Shown here piece by piece: positions 63,116-64,000 of a DNA stretch of 64,000 nt. The notes beneath the pieces were generated by a model. That model saw nothing but the letters and a program-made list of their open reading frames with translations. It was not told the DNA's origin and did not search any database. Source of the stretch: Octopus sinensis (lineage: Eukaryota); assembly GCF_006345805.1 (NCBI RefSeq), contig NC_043023.1:14756001-14820000 (forward strand). Reading direction: 5' to 3'. Positions within the stretch are counted from its first letter, which is position 1. Every line of letters starts with the position of its first letter. A program made the position numbers and the translations under genes.

Positions 63116-63757
63116 GGCGGCAAGCTGGCAGAAACGTTAGCACGCTGGGCGAAATGCTTAGTTGGTATTTCATCTGCTGTTACTTTCTGATTTCAAATTC
63201 CGAGGTCGGCTTTGCCTTTCATCCTTTCAGGGTCGATAAATTAAGTACCAGTTACACATTGGGTCGATGTAATCGACTTAATCTGTTTGTTCCCTTTGTG
63301 TTTAGCCCCTTGTGGGTAGTAAAGAAATAGGTATTTCATCTGCAGTTACGTTCTGAGTTCAAATTCTGCTGGGGTCGACTTTGCCTTTCATCCTTTCGGA
63401 GTTGATTAAATAAGTACCAATTTCTTTACTACCCACAAGGGGCTAAACACAGAGGGGACAAACAAGGACAGACAAAGGGATTAAGTCGATTATATCGACC
63501 CCAGTGCGTAACTGGTACTTATTTAATCGACCCCCGAAAGGATGAAAGGCAAAGTCGACCTCAGCGGAATTTGAACTCAGAATGTAACGGCAGACGAAAT
63601 GCGGCTATGCATTTCGCCCGGCGTGCTAACATTTCTGCCAGCTCGCTGCCAAATAAGTACCAGTTATGCACTGGGGTCGATATAATCGACTTAATTCTTT
63701 TGTCTGTCCTTGTTTGTCTCCTCTGTGTTTAGCCCCTTGTGGGCAATAAAGAAATAA
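63116..63757. mobile_element. Dimeric SINE family B (+) with an antisense SINE B (63420-63650) nested inside
   Basis: 12-bp TSD AAATAAGTACCA at 63408-63419 and 63651-63662 flanks the nested copy. Confidence 0.88.
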
Positions 63758-64000
63758 GTCCGCCTAGAAAGGTATCCAGCTGTAAAAATTCTGCCAAAAC
63801 CATCACAGAAGTCTGGTGCAGAAACCACCCCATCCATGCCAGAGTGGAAGGCAGATGTCAAACGATGATATGATGATGACGTCGACTCCAAAAGGATAAA
63901 GGGTAAAGTAGACCACATCAGAATCCCAATTCCGAGAATATCAAGAACTGAAACAAAATGCTGCAAAGCAATTTTCTCCCTTAACAAGAACATGACAACC

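Overview
Repeat-saturated eukaryotic (animal) DNA, most consistent with an octopus/coleoid cephalopod genome. That inference rests on the dense (TA)n/(CATA)n microsatellites, abundant tRNA-derived SINEs and a poly-C2H2 '[11 protein letters not shown]' zinc-finger gene. The only clearly intact host gene is a single-exon 843-aa C2H2 ZNF ORF (50888-53419, minus strand). The window also holds a near-full-length CR1-type LINE (about 21.5-25.2 kb), decayed mariner/Tc1, RTE, Tx1/L1-like and Penelope-like fragments, MITEs and at least four SINE families. The most striking structure is a ~21-kb array of ~200 copies of a 103-104-bp unit that is a piece of an RTE-retrotransposon coding region. It is bracketed by ~235-bp inverted repeats made of the same retrotransposon's 3' end and lies immediately downstream of the ZNF gene. 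Other signals are minimal hammerhead-ribozyme motifs in Penelope-like inserts, tandem arrays of SINE Pol III heads, a perfect 156-bp palindrome and a candidate -1 frameshift site in the CR1. All calls are by eye; no database search was run. Coordinates of decayed elements are approximate.
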